Source of the DNA: a candidate division WOR-1 bacterium RIFOXYB2_FULL_42_35
GTDB taxonomy: Bacteria; Margulisbacteria; WOR-1; O2-12-FULL-45-9
Reading direction: 5' to 3'
Assembly: GCA_001771545.1 (NCBI GenBank)
Contig: MEUC01000007.1
Span: forward strand, 8,030 to 72,029
DNA: 64,000 nucleotides
Numbering within the stretch: position 1 is the stretch's first letter; each line of letters opens with the position of its first letter. The position numbers and the translations under genes were made by a program. Below are positions 37,786 to 47,382 of the stretch, in pieces. The notes beneath the pieces are model-generated. The model did not search any database, was not told the origin of the DNA, and saw only the letters and a program-made list of their open reading frames with translations.

Positions 37786-37905
37786 TCTCTGAAAGTTTCT
37801 GGGTGGGGACAGAGGAAGGAGGACAGCATTTATGTACACTAGCACAGAACCTTAAGGATAGTTAGGCAAAGGTCGGGATTAATAAATAAAATTAGGAGGA
37901 CGAAT

Positions 37906-38904
37906 ATGAGTGACGTAAAGAAAAAGGCTCTGGATATTGCTATGGCCCAGATAGAAAAAAATTACGGTAAAGGTTCAATTATGAAATTGGGGGACACAAA
38001 AAAACTCAACATTGAAGTTGTCCCCTCTGGCTCCCTGTCACTTGACCTAGCCCTGGGAGTTGGTGGCTTCCCAAGGGGAAGGATAATTGAGATTTATGGC
38101 CCAGAAGGTGGAGGAAAAACCACTGTTTCCCTTCATGCTATTGCTGAAGCCCAGAAAAAAGGGGGCATTGCAGCTTTTATTGATGCTGAGCATGCCCTGG
38201 ATCCCGTTTATGCCAAGAGATTAGGGGTTGATGTTAACAATCTTTTAATTTCACAACCTGATTACGGCGAGCAAGCCCTGGAAATCGCCGAAACCTTGGT
38301 TAGATCAGGAGCCATTGATATTATTGTGATTGATTCTGTGGCTGCCCTGGTTCCTAAAGCTGAAATTGAAGGAGAAATGGGCGAATTAAAAATCGGCCTG
38401 CAAGCCCGTTTAATGTCTCAAGCCCTGCGAAAATTAACCGGAGTAATTTCCAAGTCTAAAACTTCGATGATTTTCATTAACCAATTGCGGGAAAAGATCG
38501 GAGTTATGTTTGGCAATCCTGAAACCACACCTGGTGGTCGAGCCCTTAAATTCTACTCTTCTATAAGATTAGATGTTCGGGCCGGAGAAAAGATTAAAGA
38601 TGGCGACAGGATTATCGGTACTAAGGTCCGGGTTAAGGTGGCTAAGAATAAAGTTGCCCCACCCTTCCGCACAGCCAGTTTTGTCCTGATTCACGGCCAA
38701 GGCATTCTGCACGAAGCCGATGTTTTGGAACAGGCCCTTAGCTTGGACTTGGCCAAGAAGAGCGGCTCCTGGTATTCTTATTCCGGCGAAAAATTGGGTC
38801 AAGGTTTCGAAGGGACAGTTGCATATTTAAAGGAAAACACCAAGTTAAGTCACAAGCTTGAATCAGAGGTTCGCAAAGCTATTTCCGGACAAGTTCTTAA
38901 TTAA
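37906..38904 (+). CDS. recA: recombinase A
   Basis: Contains Walker [18 protein letters not shown] and [11 protein letters not shown]. Confidence 0.97.
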   Translation: MSDVKKKALDIAMAQIEKNYGKGSIMKLGDTKKLNIEVVPSGSLSLDLALGVGGFPRGRIIEIYGPEGGGKTTVSLHAIAEAQKKGGIAAFIDAEHALDPVYAKRLGVDVNNLLISQPDYGEQALEIAETLVRSGAIDIIVIDSVAALVPKAEIEGEMGELKIGLQARLMSQALRKLTGVISKSKTSMIFINQLREKIGVMFGNPETTPGGRALKFYSSIRLDVRAGEKIKDGDRIIGTKVRVKVAKNKVAPPFRTASFVLIHGQGILHEADVLEQALSLDLAKKSGSWYSYSGEKLGQGFEGTVAYLKENTKLSHKLESEVRKAISGQVLN

Positions 38905-38940
38905 TTCGCTATGTTCTTTGCGCTTCGGGGGAATTATCCT

Positions 38941-38963
38941 CCGAAGCCCGAAGAGCGAAGGAG
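38941..38963. repeat. CCGAAGCCCGAAGAGCGAAGGAG repeat, copy 2
   Basis: It matches 30783-30805 at 22/23 positions. Here its 3' end supplies the GGAGG SD of rny. Confidence 0.75.
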
Positions 38964-38969
38964 GAAACA

Positions 38970-40517
38970 ATGTCTCTTAATATTTTGATTGTAACGTTTG
39001 TTATCGTTCTCGTAATCCTGGTGATCGGTTTGGTTTCTTTGGCCATGCGTCAACGCAAGGCGGAACAAAAGGTTCGGATTGCCGAAGAAACAGCCAAAAG
39101 AATGTTGGAAGATGCCCACAAAGAGGCTGAAAGGACTAAAAAAGAAGCCCTGTTAGAAGCTAAAGATATTACGATTAGGACCCGGGCAGAGTTTGAAAAG
39201 GAAAGTAAAGAAAGAAAAGCCGAGTTAACAACATCCGAAAGAAGGCTACAGTCACGGGAAGACAAACTGGAAAATAAGGAAAAAGAGCTTAAAGACCAAG
39301 AAAAAGAAGTCGAGAATATTAAAGCCAGCCTGGAAACATTAAAGTCGGAGATGGAACAAAGCCGGGACAAACACATTGAGGCCCTGGAAAAGGCTGCCGC
39401 CCTTTCTAAAGAAGACGCCAAAAAAGAATTGCTGGCTAAATTGGATAAAGACCTGGAAAGAGAAGCTGCCGAAAGAATTAAAACCAACGAAGAAAAGATC
39501 AAGAAGGAATCAGATAAAAAGTCCCGCGAGATTTTGGCCAGCAGTATTCAACGCTGTGCCGGTGACCATGTGGTAGAAACAACCACCAGCCTGGTTGAAC
39601 TCCCCTCAGACGATATGAAGGGCAGAATTATTGGGCGAGAAGGCCGTAATATCCGCGCCTTTGAAACAGCCACTGGGGTAGATTTAATTGTCGATGACAC
39701 ACCAGAAGCCGTTATTTTGTCCAGTTTTAATCCTTTGCGGCGAGAAGTCGCCCGCTTGACCCTGAAAAAATTGATTGCTGACGGCAGAATCCACCCGGCT
39801 CGAGTTGAAGAAACTTATAAAAAGGCCGAGCAAGAAATCAAGGCTGCTATGTTGGAATACGGGGAACAAGCTGCCCTTGATACTAATGTGCAAGGCTTAC
39901 CGGCTGTAATGATTCAACTCTTAGGCCGCCTACACTACAGAACAAGTTACGGGCAAAATGTGCTGCAACACTCAATTGAAATGTCCCACTTGGCAGGTAA
40001 TTTAGCAGCAGAGTTAGGGGTTAACGTTAACCTAGCCAAAAGGGCTGCCCTACTCCATGATATTGGTAAAGCAGTTGACCAAGAAGCAGAAGGGACCCAC
40101 GTTAAGCTGGGGGTCATGTTGGCTAAAAAAGCTGGTGAATCGATTGAAGTTCTCCATGCCATGGAAGCCCATCACGGTGATGTGGAAACAAGAACTATTG
40201 AAGCGGTAATTGTTCAAGCTTGTGACGCAATTTCTGCGGCCAGACCTGGCGCCAGACGAGACAGCCTGGAAGCTTACGTTAAAAGACTGGAAAAACTGGA
40301 AACAGTTGCCAAATCTTTTAGCGGTGTGGAAAAATGTTTCGCCATTCAAGCCGGCAGAGAAGTTAGGGTTATGGTTGAACCGGACGTAATTGATGATACT
40401 ATGGCCGTAAAACTTGCTCATGATATTGCCAAGAAAATCGAAGCAGAGCTTGAGTATCCTGGTGAGGTTAGAGTAACCGTGGTCCGAGAAATTAGGGCAT
40501 CGGACATAGCAAGATAA
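38970..40517 (+). CDS. rny: ribonuclease Y
   Basis: Has an N-terminal TM helix, a K/E-rich coiled coil, a KH domain ([15 protein letters not shown]) and an HD domain (LLHDIGKA). Confidence 0.95.
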   Translation: MSLNILIVTFVIVLVILVIGLVSLAMRQRKAEQKVRIAEETAKRMLEDAHKEAERTKKEALLEAKDITIRTRAEFEKESKERKAELTTSERRLQSREDKLENKEKELKDQEKEVENIKASLETLKSEMEQSRDKHIEALEKAAALSKEDAKKELLAKLDKDLEREAAERIKTNEEKIKKESDKKSREILASSIQRCAGDHVVETTTSLVELPSDDMKGRIIGREGRNIRAFETATGVDLIVDDTPEAVILSSFNPLRREVARLTLKKLIADGRIHPARVEETYKKAEQEIKAAMLEYGEQAALDTNVQGLPAVMIQLLGRLHYRTSYGQNVLQHSIEMSHLAGNLAAELGVNVNLAKRAALLHDIGKAVDQEAEGTHVKLGVMLAKKAGESIEVLHAMEAHHGDVETRTIEAVIVQACDAISAARPGARRDSLEAYVKRLEKLETVAKSFSGVEKCFAIQAGREVRVMVEPDVIDDTMAVKLAHDIAKKIEAELEYPGEVRVTVVREIRASDIAR

Positions 40518-40526
40518 GAATAAACA

Positions 40527-41315
40527 ATGAAAGTATTATTTATAGGAGACATAATAGGGAAATTAGGACGGCAGGTTTGTTTACAGGTTTTGCCCGACCT
40601 AAAACAACTATATGCTCCTGATTTAATCATCGCCAATGGCGAAAACTCGGCTCATGGCTATGGCATCACCGAAAAGATTTACAAAGAGATGCTGGAGATG
40701 GGCGTCGATGTTTTAACTATGGGCAATCATATGTGGGATAAGCGCGAACTAGCTAAGAATATCGATAATTATCCTACCGTTGTCCGTCCGGCCAATTATC
40801 CCCCCGGAGTTCCCGGCCAAGACCATTTAATTATTGAGAAAAATGGCGTTAAAGCAGCCATTGTTAATGTGGTCGGTCGAACTTTTATGCAAGCAATGGA
40901 TTGTCCTTTCCAAGCTATTGATAAACTCTTGCCAAAACTACAAAAGGAAACCAGGATTATTATTGTCGATATGCACGCGGAGGCTACCTCGGAAAAAACT
41001 GCCCTAGCCTGGTATCTTGATGGCTCTGTTTCGGCAGTGCTTGGCACACACACACACGTCATGACTGCTGATGAGCGAATCCTGCCACAAGGGACGGCTT
41101 TTATCTGTGATGTTGGCATGGCCGGCGCTTATAACTCTATTATTGGGATGGAAAAGGGACCAATTTTAAAAAGATTCCTCACCCAAATGCCGGAAAGATT
41201 TGAGCCATCAGAAAAAGATGCCGGTCTATTTAACGCTGTTTATCTGGAAATTGACGATGCTACTGGCCAAACTAAAAAGATTGAGCGGATTATCAGGGTT
41301 TTGGACGAGAAGTAA
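40527..41315 (+). CDS. ymdB: YmdB-type metallophosphoesterase (2',3'-cyclic-nucleotide phosphodiesterase family)
   Basis: Contains MKVLFIGDIIG, ANGENSAHG and DMHAEATSEK. It is adjacent to rny, as in Bacillus. Confidence 0.9.
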   Translation: MKVLFIGDIIGKLGRQVCLQVLPDLKQLYAPDLIIANGENSAHGYGITEKIYKEMLEMGVDVLTMGNHMWDKRELAKNIDNYPTVVRPANYPPGVPGQDHLIIEKNGVKAAIVNVVGRTFMQAMDCPFQAIDKLLPKLQKETRIIIVDMHAEATSEKTALAWYLDGSVSAVLGTHTHVMTADERILPQGTAFICDVGMAGAYNSIIGMEKGPILKRFLTQMPERFEPSEKDAGLFNAVYLEIDDATGQTKKIERIIRVLDEK

Positions 41316-42444
41316 ATTTTAGAATTTCTTTTGGAGTAATAATTTCATAAGAACTGTTTTTATATTCGCGCCACTTGGCCGGAATAGAAACTTTTTTTAT
41401 CTTTTCTCCCCATTTGATTTCATAGCCAAACAACTCGCCCCCACGGTCTTCAACCAGATCAATCTCGCTGCCATCATAAGTCCGCCAAAAATATTGATTG
41501 GCGTAAATTGAGTGGTAATCCCGATACTTTAACCTCTCAACAATCACATAATTCTCCCACAAAGCCCCGACATCACTTCTTGAGTCGATGAAATTAAAAT
41601 TATTAATAATCGCATTCCTTATCCCCAAATCAAAAAAGTATATCTTCCTTGAATGTGAAATTTCCCTCCGGCGGTTTTTGCTGTAAGGAGATAAACGGAA
41701 AATTATATGGTTTTTTTCCAAAAGGTCGACATATCTTTCGATGGTCTTCTTATCAATACCGACTAAATTTGCCAGTTCATTATAGGAAACTTCGGAACCA
41801 ATCTGTAAGGCTAAAGCTTTTAGTAGATTCATAAGCAGGCTGGAATTTTTGACCTGCTGAAATTCAAGGATATCCTTATAAAGGGAACTGGCCGCTAATT
41901 CTTTTAAAAGATCGATCTTATCATCAAAAGACCCCTGGGAAACTACCTCGGGATAATTGCCGAAAACCAGAAACTCATTAAGGCCCTTTAAGACTGAGAC
42001 AATGTCCTTATTGGGATATTCTTCTTCCAGGCTCAAGGAATAAAGAGTATAAACATGTTTTCTCCCTGTTAGTGCTTCTTGCGTATTATCCAATAGATTT
42101 ATACTTGAAGATCCGGTAACAATAATTTGTTTTTTTGTTTTAAAATAATCTGCCAACAGTTTTAAGGTTTGCCCAATGCTTTCGACTTTTTGCCCCTCGT
42201 CAATCAAGACCACTTTTGCACTGCCAATAAGCTGTTTTAAAAATTCAATGTCCTTATTGTTTAACATTTCCCTATCTGTTGGGTTATCACAATTAAAGGT
42301 CTTAACTTTATCCTTAAATTCAGGGGCAGAAATTATATCCATTGCCAGGGTGGTTTTCCCTGTCTGCCTGGCACCAACAATTATTATTACCTTTCCCCTG
42401 AAAAATTTACTTAAGATATTATTTTTAGCTGTTCTCTTAAACAT
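41293..42444 (-). CDS. AAA+ ATPase with C-terminal DUF4143-type domain
   Basis: Has Walker A GARQTGKTT and Walker B VVLIDEGQ. The C-terminal EIDLVEDRGGELFGYEIKW is a D...ExK motif. I prefer ATG 42444 (GGAGGG SD) over the track's TTG 42459. It overlaps the ymdB end by 23 nt, convergently. Confidence 0.8.
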   Translation of the reverse strand: MFKRTAKNNILSKFFRGKVIIIVGARQTGKTTLAMDIISAPEFKDKVKTFNCDNPTDREMLNNKDIEFLKQLIGSAKVVLIDEGQKVESIGQTLKLLADYFKTKKQIIVTGSSSINLLDNTQEALTGRKHVYTLYSLSLEEEYPNKDIVSVLKGLNEFLVFGNYPEVVSQGSFDDKIDLLKELAASSLYKDILEFQQVKNSSLLMNLLKALALQIGSEVSYNELANLVGIDKKTIERYVDLLEKNHIIFRLSPYSKNRRREISHSRKIYFFDLGIRNAIINNFNFIDSRSDVGALWENYVIVERLKYRDYHSIYANQYFWRTYDGSEIDLVEDRGGELFGYEIKWGEKIKKVSIPAKWREYKNSSYEIITPKEILKFTSRPKP

Positions 42445-42490
42445 GCCATCCCTCCCCAATAATCAGCGTAATTTGGTGACTGCACTCCCT

Positions 42491-42519
42491 ATTTTACGCA
42501 TAACAAGCGGACAAGTCAA
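42491..42519 (-). promoter_or_regulatory. sigma70-like promoter for the ATPase gene
   Basis: The minus strand reads TTGACT-N17-TAAAAT, about 45 nt upstream of ATG 42444. Confidence 0.5.
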
Positions 42520-42621
42520 GCAATATTTGATTTTTGGGCGATTTGTTAGGGTTTTGTAGGATAGGATTTTGGAAGATAAGTCGTAAGTAGCGCAGCGGGA
42601 TAGTAGCACGGGAAAACAGAA

Positions 42622-45438
42622 TTAGCCAACCAACGCCTTGACCCTCTCGGCAATAATTTTCTTCTTCTCGTTTAGTTCCAGTTGTTTGGTCTTTTGCTGT
42701 TCAATAGCTTCTGGTGGGGCTTTAGCCGTAAAGCCGGGATTACCCAATAGCTTGGTAATCTGATTTAATGCCAGCTCAATTTTTTGTTCTTCGTTCTTTA
42801 AGCGTTCAACCTCTGCCCCAATATCAATCAAACCCTGGAGAGGGATAAAAAATTCCACATCAGCCACTACTGCAGAGATTGCCTGGGCTGGTTTTTGTTT
42901 GGCCTTATCAACAAAGTTAACTTTATTAGCCTTAGCTAAGGTTTTAATGAAAGGCTCCCCTTCTTTTAGGGCTTGCAAACTTTCTTTATTGTCCGTCACA
43001 AAAATAAGCTCAATATCTTTCGTCTGCACCTTCATCTCTGCCTTAAGGTTACGGATTTTGACGATCATTTGCTTCAACAACTCCATGGCAGCTTCTGCTT
43101 TTTGGTCAATAAGATTCTTATCAGACTTAGGCCATTCAGCCTGCAAAAGAAAGCCTGGTCTTTCTCCCTGCACTACTGTACTACTAACTACTGCACTACT
43201 AATTTCCTCCGAGATAAACGGCATAAACGGATGCATCAGACGCAGTGAACCCTCTAGCACATAAAGCAAGACACCTTGGACTCGTTGTTTTCGCTTGGCA
43301 TCATCAGAGTAAAGATCACTCTTGGAAATCTCAACATACCAATCACAAAATTCACCCCACAAGAAATCATAAAGCTTTCTGGCAGTTTCTCCAAAATCAT
43401 AGCCTTCAAGCAGTTCCGTAACATCTTTAACGGTATTTTGGTAACGGCTCAATATCCAACGATCAGCTAATTCGAGATCTTTTAAGTCTGACAGTCCGGC
43501 GGTCCGGCGGTCTTGCCCCATCAACACAAATCGACTGACATTCCAAATCTTATTGGTAAAATTTCTCGCTTCAGTAATTTTATCTTGAGTTAATTTAATG
43601 TCCTGTCCTTGCCCAGTGATCAAAGAGATTAGGGCAAAGCGCAAAGCATCCGCGCCAACCTGATCGATAATTTCAATTGGATCAATTACATTGCCAAAAG
43701 ACTTGCTCATCTTTTTACCGCTGGCATCACGCACTAAGCCATGAATAAAAACAGTGTGAAAAGGTGCCTTTTTCATAAAGTGCACCCCCATCATAATCAT
43801 GCGTGATACCCAGAAAGTTATAATGTCATAACCTGTCACTAAAACATCTGTAGGATAAAAAGTTTTGAGATCTTTGGTCTCTTCTGGCCAGCCTAAGGTT
43901 GAGAAAGGCCACAAAGCCGACGAAAACCAGGTATCAAAGACATCGGGGTCTTGTTCCAGCTGTGTCCCTCCACATTTTGGACACTTGGATGGTTTTGTTT
44001 CTGAAACTATGACTTCCTCACAATACTGTTTAGAATTTTGATCTTTAGAATTTGAATTTGTTTCGGATTTCGGATTTCGGATTTCGGATTTGCAGTAGTA
44101 AACAGGTATCCGATGGCCCCACCACAACTGCCTAGAAATACACCAATCCTTGAGGTTCATCATCCATTGCAGATAAACTTTTGTCCAACGATCCGGAACA
44201 TACTTAATTTTGCCTTCTTCCACCACACGAATAGCATTGCGGGCTAAGTCGGCAACTTTGACGTACCATTGGTCGGACAGATACGGTTCAATAACTTGTT
44301 TACAACGATAACATTCCCCAACAGAGTTTTCGTAATCTTCAATTTTTTCCAAAAAGCCTTTTTCTTCCAGCAACTCAACTATTCGTGCTCGAGCTTTATA
44401 ACGATCTAAACCTTCTAATTCTTTTATCGCTGATTTTTCTTCTTCGGAAAATTCCTGGAAAGTAATTTTAGCATCGGGAGTCAAAATGTTGATGCGCGGC
44501 AAATCGTGTCTTTCTCCCATGGCAAAATCGTTGGGATCATGGGCTGGGGTAACTTTTACGGCACCTGAGCCAAACTCCGGATCAACAAAATCATCTTTGA
44601 TAACAGGAATTTTTCTATTAGTTAGCGGCAGAACCAACAGTTTGCCAATCAGCTTTTTGTAACGTTTGTCTTTAGGGTTGACTGCAACAGCCGTATCCCC
44701 CAACATCGTCTCCGGCCTGGTTGTAGCAACTACAATATAATAAGTTTTTTGTTTGGAATTTTTAATTTCTGATTTAGAATTTGTTTCGAGTTTAGAGTTT
44801 TGAGTTTCGGATTTTTCCAAAGGATATTTGATCCACCATAATTTCCCCTTTTTACTCGCATGTTCAACCTCAATATCAGAGATTGCAGTACCGCACTTAG
44901 GACACCAGTTAACCAATCTTTTGCCTCTGTAAACTAACCCATCTTTGTATAGTGTAACAAACTCTCTAGTCACCGCTTTAGAAAGACCTTCATCCATAGT
45001 GAAGCGCTCACGAGTCCAATCGAGGGCACTGCCTAAACGTCTAAGCTGTCTGGTAATATTGCCACCATACTCTTCTTTCCACTGCCAAACACGTTCTAAA
45101 AACTTTTCTCGACCAAGTTTATCTTTGGTAAGATCTTCTTTGCGCAAAGCCTTGGCTACAACGTTTTGAGTGGCAATGCCGGCATGGTCAGTTCCCGGAA
45201 TCCACAAAGCATTAAAACCCTGCATTCTTTTATAACGAATTAATAGGTCCTGAATAGAATTATCCAAAGCATGGCCCATGTGCAGATTGCCTGTAACATT
45301 GGGTGGAGGAATAACTATTGTAAAAGGTTTTTTATCAGAGTTATTATCAGGGGTAAAAAGTTTGCTCTCTTCCCAGATTTTGTACCACTTCTGCTCAACT
45401 TCTTTGGGATCATAGATTTTAGGTATTTCTTGGTTCAT
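42622..45438 (-). CDS. valS: valyl-tRNA synthetase
   Basis: Contains HMGHALD (HIGH), KMSKSFGN (KMSKS), ATTRPETMLGDTAV (editing domain) and a C-terminal coiled coil. Confidence 0.96.
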   Translation of the reverse strand: MNQEIPKIYDPKEVEQKWYKIWEESKLFTPDNNSDKKPFTIVIPPPNVTGNLHMGHALDNSIQDLLIRYKRMQGFNALWIPGTDHAGIATQNVVAKALRKEDLTKDKLGREKFLERVWQWKEEYGGNITRQLRRLGSALDWTRERFTMDEGLSKAVTREFVTLYKDGLVYRGKRLVNWCPKCGTAISDIEVEHASKKGKLWWIKYPLEKSETQNSKLETNSKSEIKNSKQKTYYIVVATTRPETMLGDTAVAVNPKDKRYKKLIGKLLVLPLTNRKIPVIKDDFVDPEFGSGAVKVTPAHDPNDFAMGERHDLPRINILTPDAKITFQEFSEEEKSAIKELEGLDRYKARARIVELLEEKGFLEKIEDYENSVGECYRCKQVIEPYLSDQWYVKVADLARNAIRVVEEGKIKYVPDRWTKVYLQWMMNLKDWCISRQLWWGHRIPVYYCKSEIRNPKSETNSNSKDQNSKQYCEEVIVSETKPSKCPKCGGTQLEQDPDVFDTWFSSALWPFSTLGWPEETKDLKTFYPTDVLVTGYDIITFWVSRMIMMGVHFMKKAPFHTVFIHGLVRDASGKKMSKSFGNVIDPIEIIDQVGADALRFALISLITGQGQDIKLTQDKITEARNFTNKIWNVSRFVLMGQDRRTAGLSDLKDLELADRWILSRYQNTVKDVTELLEGYDFGETARKLYDFLWGEFCDWYVEISKSDLYSDDAKRKQRVQGVLLYVLEGSLRLMHPFMPFISEEISSAVVSSTVVQGERPGFLLQAEWPKSDKNLIDQKAEAAMELLKQMIVKIRNLKAEMKVQTKDIELIFVTDNKESLQALKEGEPFIKTLAKANKVNFVDKAKQKPAQAISAVVADVEFFIPLQGLIDIGAEVERLKNEEQKIELALNQITKLLGNPGFTAKAPPEAIEQQKTKQLELNEKKKIIAERVKALVG
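44023..44091 (-). repeat. word-repeat element in frame inside valS (site 1)
   Basis: This 69-nt element contains (CGGATTT)x4 plus GAATTTGAATTTG and TTTGATCTTT words. It encodes KSEIRNPKSETNSNSKDQNSKQY between two Cys codons. Confidence 0.9.
44746..44814 (-). repeat. word-repeat element in frame inside valS (site 2)
   Basis: TTTTTTGTTTGGAATTTTTAATTTCTGATTTAGAATTTGTTTCGAGTTTAGAGTTTTGAGTTTCGGATTTTTC encodes KSETQNSKLETNSKSEIKNSKQK, just before ATTRPET. Confidence 0.85.
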
Positions 45439-45523
45439 TTCTTCTCTATTTTAACACAAAAACAAAACCAGCTTAAGTGAAATTGTAACTAATTATTGTC
45501 AATATATAGTCAGGAGACAAAAG

Positions 45524-46303
45524 ATGCCAGCAGAACTAATTGGTCAAATTACTAATAAGAATATTCCTGTCTATCATTTAAAGGCCAAAGAACCCAAATT
45601 TCGCTTAGCTATTGTGCAAGCAGATTTTGCGCCTGGACATACCAGAGAAGCTGATAACACCCCACAAAAACACGCTGATATAGTCAGTGCTCTTATGGCT
45701 GCAACTATTGAGGGGGAAACAAGACCTGATTTAATCTTATTTCAAGAATTATCAATGCTTGGCGGGGTCGAAAGGATAGGAGTTGATAGAGGTTTAACAT
45801 TAAGTGCTCTTGGTTTTAGGCTTTTACACGATCAAGCTAAAGCACAAAAAGTTGCCATTGGTTTTGGCGGTTTTTTTGAAATGGGAAAACAATATTACAA
45901 CTCTTATGTTGTCCTGCCTAAAGGAATGACTGGCCCATTATTTTCCTGCACTAAATTCACACCAATTAACCAATGGATCTCTCAAGGAGATGGCTATAAT
46001 TATTTAAGTCACTTTAACACTTTAGTTAGCCAATGCTCTGACCTTGGCTATACCAATCTTGTCGCTTTTATAGCAGGAGGGCTTAACCAACCATACTCTC
46101 TGCTGATTGTCCCAGCTTATACCAGCAAAGACCATGACCTTTTCAGGCTATCAAGAGAACCACATGGGCTTAACTTCCAAGGCCCAATCGCAGTTATAAA
46201 TGGCATGAATGGCAATTCCGGCTATGACACAGGGAACCCTACAACTAGCCACATCATACCACCAAACCAAGAAGCAGTTTTAGTAGCTGATGTGGTCTTA
46301 TGA
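45524..46303 (+). CDS. carbon-nitrogen hydrolase (nitrilase superfamily)-like protein, divergent
   Basis: A candidate Glu-Lys-Cys triad is present (LILFQELSM; CTKFTP; VSQCSDLGY). The family-typical C-terminal strand reads EAVLVADVVL. Confidence 0.45.
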   Translation: MPAELIGQITNKNIPVYHLKAKEPKFRLAIVQADFAPGHTREADNTPQKHADIVSALMAATIEGETRPDLILFQELSMLGGVERIGVDRGLTLSALGFRLLHDQAKAQKVAIGFGGFFEMGKQYYNSYVVLPKGMTGPLFSCTKFTPINQWISQGDGYNYLSHFNTLVSQCSDLGYTNLVAFIAGGLNQPYSLLIVPAYTSKDHDLFRLSREPHGLNFQGPIAVINGMNGNSGYDTGNPTTSHIIPPNQEAVLVADVVL

Positions 46304-46521
46304 GGCAGAAAAAATGCAGTGAATTATTAATCTCCCCCAGCTCAACCCTAGCTGAAGCAACAACTTCTGTCACCTCATTACTTAGAAGGATCGGTTTTGC
46401 CCGACAAATAGTCATAATTAATTCTTCATCTGGCAACTCTCTTTATTCTCCCAAAACTGGGGAAGTCCATTATTTAAATGAAGAGCGAGAAGAAATAATG
46501 TTAGTTGACGTGGTGCTCTAA
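46300..46521 (+). pseudogene. 73-aa ORF resembling the C-terminal segment of the upstream CN-hydrolase-like gene (possible remnant of a second paralog)
   Basis: IVIINSSSGNSLY...EEIMLVDVVL aligns with IAVINGMNGNSGY...EAVLVADVVL. Its ATG overlaps the upstream stop (ATGA). Confidence 0.3.
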
Positions 46522-47382
46522 AATCTGTTTACTTGAAAAACCTGGCAGCTTTAAATATTCTTGCATCCCCTCAAAAACCGCTTCTTGGGGAATCATGCCC
46601 ACAAGCTCTGATTCAAGAATATTAACGTTATATGTCCTGGCCCATTTGCCAACCTCATCAAAAACCTGTTTAAGAGAAGTCGTGCGATGGTCACAAACAT
46701 TAATGCTGACTTGAGTAATATTACGACTGGTTAAGGAAATTCCCAAGGCCCTGACTCCAGGCAAGCCCCCACTTTTTTCCCGAATATTTTTGGCAATCGA
46801 TTTGGCCAGATCAATGTCAGAGGTTTCTAAATTTACATTAAAAGCGATTAAAAAATCTCGCACCCCAACTGCCAACGCCCCAGCATGGGGATGAAGTTTA
46901 TCGCCAAGATCAGGTTTCCGACGAGCATTAGTGAATTCTTCTTTTAGAACCTTGTACCCACCGCGGCGAACATTGGGCAATTCTTTGTGTTCAGCAATCT
47001 TAGCGGCTGCACCATAAAAATAAACCGGCAGAGCAAACTTTGTGGCAACTTTTTCGCCAAACTCCCTGGCAACATCAACTGTTTCAGCCACTGAGATATC
47101 TTTAATTGGAATAAAGGGGACAACATCAACTACGCCAATATAAGGATGCTCTCCCTCATGCTTATTGATATCCAGAAGTTGCATGGCACGTTGGGTTAAA
47201 TCAAAAGCAGCGAGTTGAACGGCGTCGGGCTCACCAACAATAGTTACAACGGTGCGGTTATGATCCGGATCAGAATGAACATTCAAAACCTTCGCGGTTT
47301 TAATAGCGGAAACAATATCAGCAACCAACTCAAGATCTTTCCCCTCAGAAAAATTAGGGACACATTCAATTAACTTCACCAT
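46501..47382 (-). CDS. glutamate formimidoyltransferase
   Basis: Contains ECVPNFSEGK, HNRTVVT and GVVDVVPFIP, typical of the FTCD N-terminal domain. Confidence 0.9.
   Translation of the reverse strand: MVKLIECVPNFSEGKDLELVADIVSAIKTAKVLNVHSDPDHNRTVVTIVGEPDAVQLAAFDLTQRAMQLLDINKHEGEHPYIGVVDVVPFIPIKDISVAETVDVAREFGEKVATKFALPVYFYGAAAKIAEHKELPNVRRGGYKVLKEEFTNARRKPDLGDKLHPHAGALAVGVRDFLIAFNVNLETSDIDLAKSIAKNIREKSGGLPGVRALGISLTSRNITQVSINVCDHRTTSLKQVFDEVGKWARTYNVNILESELVGMIPQEAVFEGMQEYLKLPGFSSKQILEHHVN

Noticed and set aside
38905-38969. Intrinsic terminator after recA
   Set aside because: GCGCTTCGGG...CCCGAAGAGC can pair imperfectly, but no T-run follows, and the segment doubles as the rny leader and SD. 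I cannot call a terminator.
39050-39502. 150-aa antisense ORF inside rny, and similar long antisense ORFs (11220-11699, 27155-27655, 25591-26019, 58998-59540, 1916-2251, 42176-42559)
   Set aside because: All lie opposite well-supported genes and have low-complexity or Ser/Leu-rich shadow-frame composition. They have no motifs or ribosome-binding sites, so I treat them as non-coding shadows.
44023-44091. Could the in-frame repeat segments be introns, inteins or CRISPR-like arrays?
   Set aside because: They are only 40-80 nt, too short for group I/II introns or inteins, and lack splice or intein motifs. The words are tandem with no unique spacers of constant length. Host ORFs stay open through them, so simple translation is the most economical reading.
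45439-45523. T-box leaders upstream of valS, lysS or metG
   Set aside because: The upstream spacers are 85 nt or less, or absent because the genes are translationally coupled. That is far too short for a T-box.
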